Source: an uncultured virus (IMG/VR IMGVR_UViG_3300015607_003969)
Taxonomy: Duplodnaviria > Heunggongvirae > Uroviricota > Caudoviricetes
Direction: 5' to 3' (one strand)
Length of the DNA stretch: 63,659 nucleotides
Virus record (IMG/VR): IMGVR_UViG_3300015607_003969
Coordinates: 62,001 to 125,659 of that record
Part shown: positions 60,927 through 63,659 of the stretch, in pieces
Layout: each line of letters starts with the position of its first letter
How positions within the stretch are numbered: the first letter of the stretch is position 1
Made by a program: the position numbers and the translations under genes
Notes under the pieces: model-generated
Databases searched by the model: none
What the model was told of the DNA's origin: nothing
The model's input: the letters and a program-made list of their open reading frames with translations, nothing else

Positions 60927-61973
60927 ATGCAAGATTTTACGTGGGGCAAGTATGGCGGGTACGCTGGGTGGATGTTCAGGGGTACAGCGGGGGCTCTTGA
61001 CGCCAACGCCTCCTCCTCGTCTGGGTTGAAAGTGATGGCTGTGATCACGGCCACAGAGGGTGGTCGCGCGGACGCCTTTAACGGGTATGACAGGGCGGTC
61101 TACAGCCTGGGCTACATCCAGCTGGCGGGCGCCACCCACGCGGCCTCTGCTCTCCTCAGCGATATCGTCAAGGTTTGCCCTGGCGAATCGAAGGAGCTGC
61201 TCGACCTCCTGGCGTCCAGGGGTGTGCAGCTGAGCGCCGGTAAGCTCCTGCACGACGGTAGGCCGCTCGACTCCTCGAACATGGCCCAGCTCCTCTATGG
61301 CTGCGACGGGCGAGACGGTTCTTGGACGGACGCCTCGAAGGCGCAAGCCAAGCAGACGGCCTCCGCGATGTGTAACCTCCTGGCCTTGCCCACTCCCGTG
61401 GAGGTCCAGCGCAAACACGTGTTGAACAAGCTTTTGACGTTCGTCATGCCGGACGTTAGGCCTCAGATCTACCCGTCGGGTCTAACCACATCTTCCGGCT
61501 GGGTGGGCGCAGTTCAGGCGGCGTTCCTCTCCTTCTCCGCGAATCTGCCGCTCGTGGCGGCCAACCAGTACAAGGCAGCCCTCCCTGAGATGGGTCAGGC
61601 CCTTCCCGCTACGAAGGAGCAGGCCATTCCGCTTCTGCGCGCACTTACCTTTGGGCCGAAGATCGCGATCTACCCCGCCAGGTACAACGCCATCCGTCCT
61701 GTCATCGAGCGGCTGTACGGGGTCGACATGCCGGACTTTGCGGAAGATCTGGCCTCCTGGAGCGAGCATATCCCCTATACCGACAGCCCGCCCACGGTGA
61801 AGGAGATTCAGGATAAGCTGATTGAGCTCGGGTACAACCTAGGCGTAAACGGAGCGGACGGGGTGCTCAGCCCCGCCACGGTCAAGGCTGTCAGGGCGTT
61901 CCAGACCATGAATAAGCTCCAGGTGGACGGCATTGTTGGCCCCAAAACGTGGGCCTGCCTTCAGAGCAAGTAG
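60927..61973 (+). CDS. Putative endolysin with C-terminal peptidoglycan-binding domain
   Basis: VKEIQDKLIELGY...ADGVLSPATVKAVRAFQ....LQVDGIVGPKTW; N-terminal TEGG..DAFNGYD....SLGYIQ. Confidence 0.82.
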   Translation: MQDFTWGKYGGYAGWMFRGTAGALDANASSSSGLKVMAVITATEGGRADAFNGYDRAVYSLGYIQLAGATHAASALLSDIVKVCPGESKELLDLLASRGVQLSAGKLLHDGRPLDSSNMAQLLYGCDGRDGSWTDASKAQAKQTASAMCNLLALPTPVEVQRKHVLNKLLTFVMPDVRPQIYPSGLTTSSGWVGAVQAAFLSFSANLPLVAANQYKAALPEMGQALPATKEQAIPLLRALTFGPKIAIYPARYNAIRPVIERLYGVDMPDFAEDLASWSEHIPYTDSPPTVKEIQDKLIELGYNLGVNGADGVLSPATVKAVRAFQTMNKLQVDGIVGPKTWACLQSK

Positions 61974-62046
61974 GTCCTGTCAGGGGCAGATCTCGGGTGT
62001 CGTCCTTGACGGACACGTAAATCAGTGTCATACAAGGACTACACCC

Positions 62047-62205
62047 ATGGCCCACGAACTCCTGCGCGAACTCGCGCTCCGGCTTTCCGATAGTCCGGTC
62101 CCCGACCCCTCGGACCGGAAGCGCGCCACGGATCTCCTGAAGGACAAGACCCTCCCCCCCGAGGATAGGCTGAAGCTTCAGCAGCTGCTGATGCAGGCGG
62201 CCTGA
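62047..62205 (+). CDS. Small hypothetical protein
   Basis: AAGGA RBS; 52 aa; followed by a terminator. Confidence 0.55.
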   Translation: MAHELLRELALRLSDSPVPDPSDRKRATDLLKDKTLPPEDRLKLQQLLMQAA

Positions 62206-62226
62206 CACCTACCCCTCGCCTAACCC

Positions 62227-62261
62227 AAAAGGTCCGACCCCTCCGGGGTATCGGGCCTTTT
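62227..62261 (+). terminator. Intrinsic terminator
   Basis: aaaaggtccga-cccc-tcc-gggg-ta-tcgggcctttt. Confidence 0.7.
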
Positions 62262-62318
62262 GTGCTTCTGGGCAAGAATAGGCGCAAGGACGGGATAACG
62301 CCTGTGGAGATACACCCT

Positions 62319-63398
62319 ATGGAAAACATGCCGAAGCCCGGTATTTTGCTGTTCGTGCCCCACCCCGATCGGAAGGATGTCCTCGTCAAGGCACGGGCCC
62401 TGGAGGAGATCGGGTTTCAAGTGCAGGTGCACACCCTGGAGTTCTCGCCGGACACGAACTACCTGAAGAAGTACAACATCGTGGCCGGCGTGTGGATCAC
62501 TAACCTCCAGGTGAGCTCGGCGACCATCGCGCCGACCATGGCCATGAAAAGCCACAATATCTACTGCCGCGGCCTGCCGCCCACCACGGCAAACTGGGGG
62601 AACCTACTCAAGACGGTGCAGGACAAGTACCGGCTCAGCTTCTTGCAGGCACAAAGCGCCGAGAGGGGTGAGAAGTCGGGTAAGGCGGAGCCCGAGGCGG
62701 GGGACTGGCTCACGGCGATGGCCGGCACCATCATCGGACTGGATCAGTCCTTCTCAGATTGGGACGACGTCTACGAGGCCTTGAAGGCGAACCCACTCCT
62801 TCCCTCCACGATCCACGACGGCGCTACCCTGGAGGAGACTATCGAGCGGAGGGTCAACGTCCCGGAGCGCTGCCCACAGATCATCAGGTCCTGGTGGGAG
62901 GATCGCAAGCCGAAGCCCTCCGCGGCCCCCGCGGTCCCCCCTCGGGTCAGCGAAGAGGGGAAGGCCGCACTCGCCCAGGTGGATGAAGGGTTCGCTACCC
63001 TCTACAGGGAAGCGGAGCAGATCAACACCGCGCTACAGTCGCAGATCAACACCCTGACAGCGGAGAAGGAGCGCTGCGACCGGACCATTCTCGCAATGCT
63101 CGCGGACTCGGAGGCAAACAGCTCGAAGCTCACGAAGACTCAAGCGGATCTCTCGTCGGCCCGGCTCTCCCTGGAGAAGGTCATAAAAGAGCTCCAGGAG
63201 CTCAAGACTGATTACGCCGCTGCGAAGAGGGCGCTAGACGCCCGCGGGGAGGAGATCGCCTCGCTGAAGCAGGCCGTTGCCCAGGCAGACAACCAGCCCA
63301 AGTCGCCCATCTCCTCGGCGGACAAGGAGCACATCCGAGCCCTGCTGGCTTCGGGCTTCCTCACGGCCGAAGAGATCCTCAAGAAGGTGCTTGGCTTA
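62319..63398 (+). CDS. Coiled-coil hypothetical protein
   Basis: GGAG RBS; long heptad region; ends at TTA 63396-63398 as TTATG (code-11 end 63536). Confidence 0.7.
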
Positions 63399-63631
63399 TG
63401 CGCTGGCGGTACTCCACGGCTGCCCGCGTCTGGGTGCGTAAGTTCCGGGTGCCCGGTAACACTGTCTCCGTGGAGCTCGCTTTTATCCACGGAAACTGGA
63501 TGCTGCACGCACATCGGCTCAACGTCACCTTCGTGAGCAAGCACTTGCTAGAGTCGGACAAGCGCAGGGCAATCACATGGGCAGAGGGCAGGCTGCGCGC
63601 CTTGTTCGACAGCCTCCTACAATCGGTGTAA
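63398..63631 (+). CDS. Hypothetical protein
   Basis: 77 aa; AAGGT RBS-like; followed by a hairpin. Confidence 0.55.
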   Translation: MRWRYSTAARVWVRKFRVPGNTVSVELAFIHGNWMLHAHRLNVTFVSKHLLESDKRRAITWAEGRLRALFDSLLQSV

Positions 63632-63636
63632 ACGAT

Positions 63637-63659
63637 CCCCGGCCTTCAGGCCGGGGCTT
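63637..63659 (+). terminator. Terminator-like hairpin (tail truncated by the window end)
   Basis: ccccggcc-ttca-ggccgggg just after the stop at 63631. Confidence 0.6.

Larger units (their letters stand above)
1..63659. mobile_element. Segment of a large tailed dsDNA bacteriophage genome (myovirus-like)
   Basis: Phage-type replication genes, baseplate J-like, gp25-like and tape-measure-like genes, endolysins and tRNAs; no host housekeeping operons, integrase or att site seen. Confidence 0.93.

Noticed and set aside
1..63659. Stop-to-sense recoding (TAG or TGA read-through; codes 15, 4, 25)
   Set aside because: Long genes are intact under code 11 and TAA, TAG and TGA all end genes at sensible positions; the anomaly is ORFs running too long, not fragmentation.

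Overview
A gene-dense, GC-rich 63.7-kb segment of a large tailed dsDNA phage, probably contractile-tailed. 1-5.5 kb (+) holds replication and nucleotide genes: family A DNA polymerase C-terminus, Cas4-like exonuclease, dCMP deaminase, dNMP kinase and RusA. About 5.5-53 kb (mostly -) holds tail, baseplate and tape-measure genes, multidomain probable virion proteins (HNH; PPase plus ART-like; SNF2), a sigma factor, KilA-N, a Pth2-like hydrolase and an atypical tRNA. 53-63.6 kb holds small genes, a tRNA-CAT, a candidate structured ncRNA and lysis genes. Main observation: TTA (normally Leu) behaves as a stop codon. 21 genes have an in-frame TTA at their natural 3' end, five of them as TTATG stop/start overlaps. 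My hand scan found no in-frame TTA inside any called gene body, apart from one 12-aa leader peptide. The phage also encodes a non-Leu-type tRNA with a UAA anticodon, next to a Pth2-like gene that lies downstream of a TTA- and RGPP-containing leader peptide with an RBS-occluding hairpin. Where this applies, CDS coordinates end at the TTA and the code-11 end is given in the evidence. All product calls come from motif recognition by eye; no searches were run.
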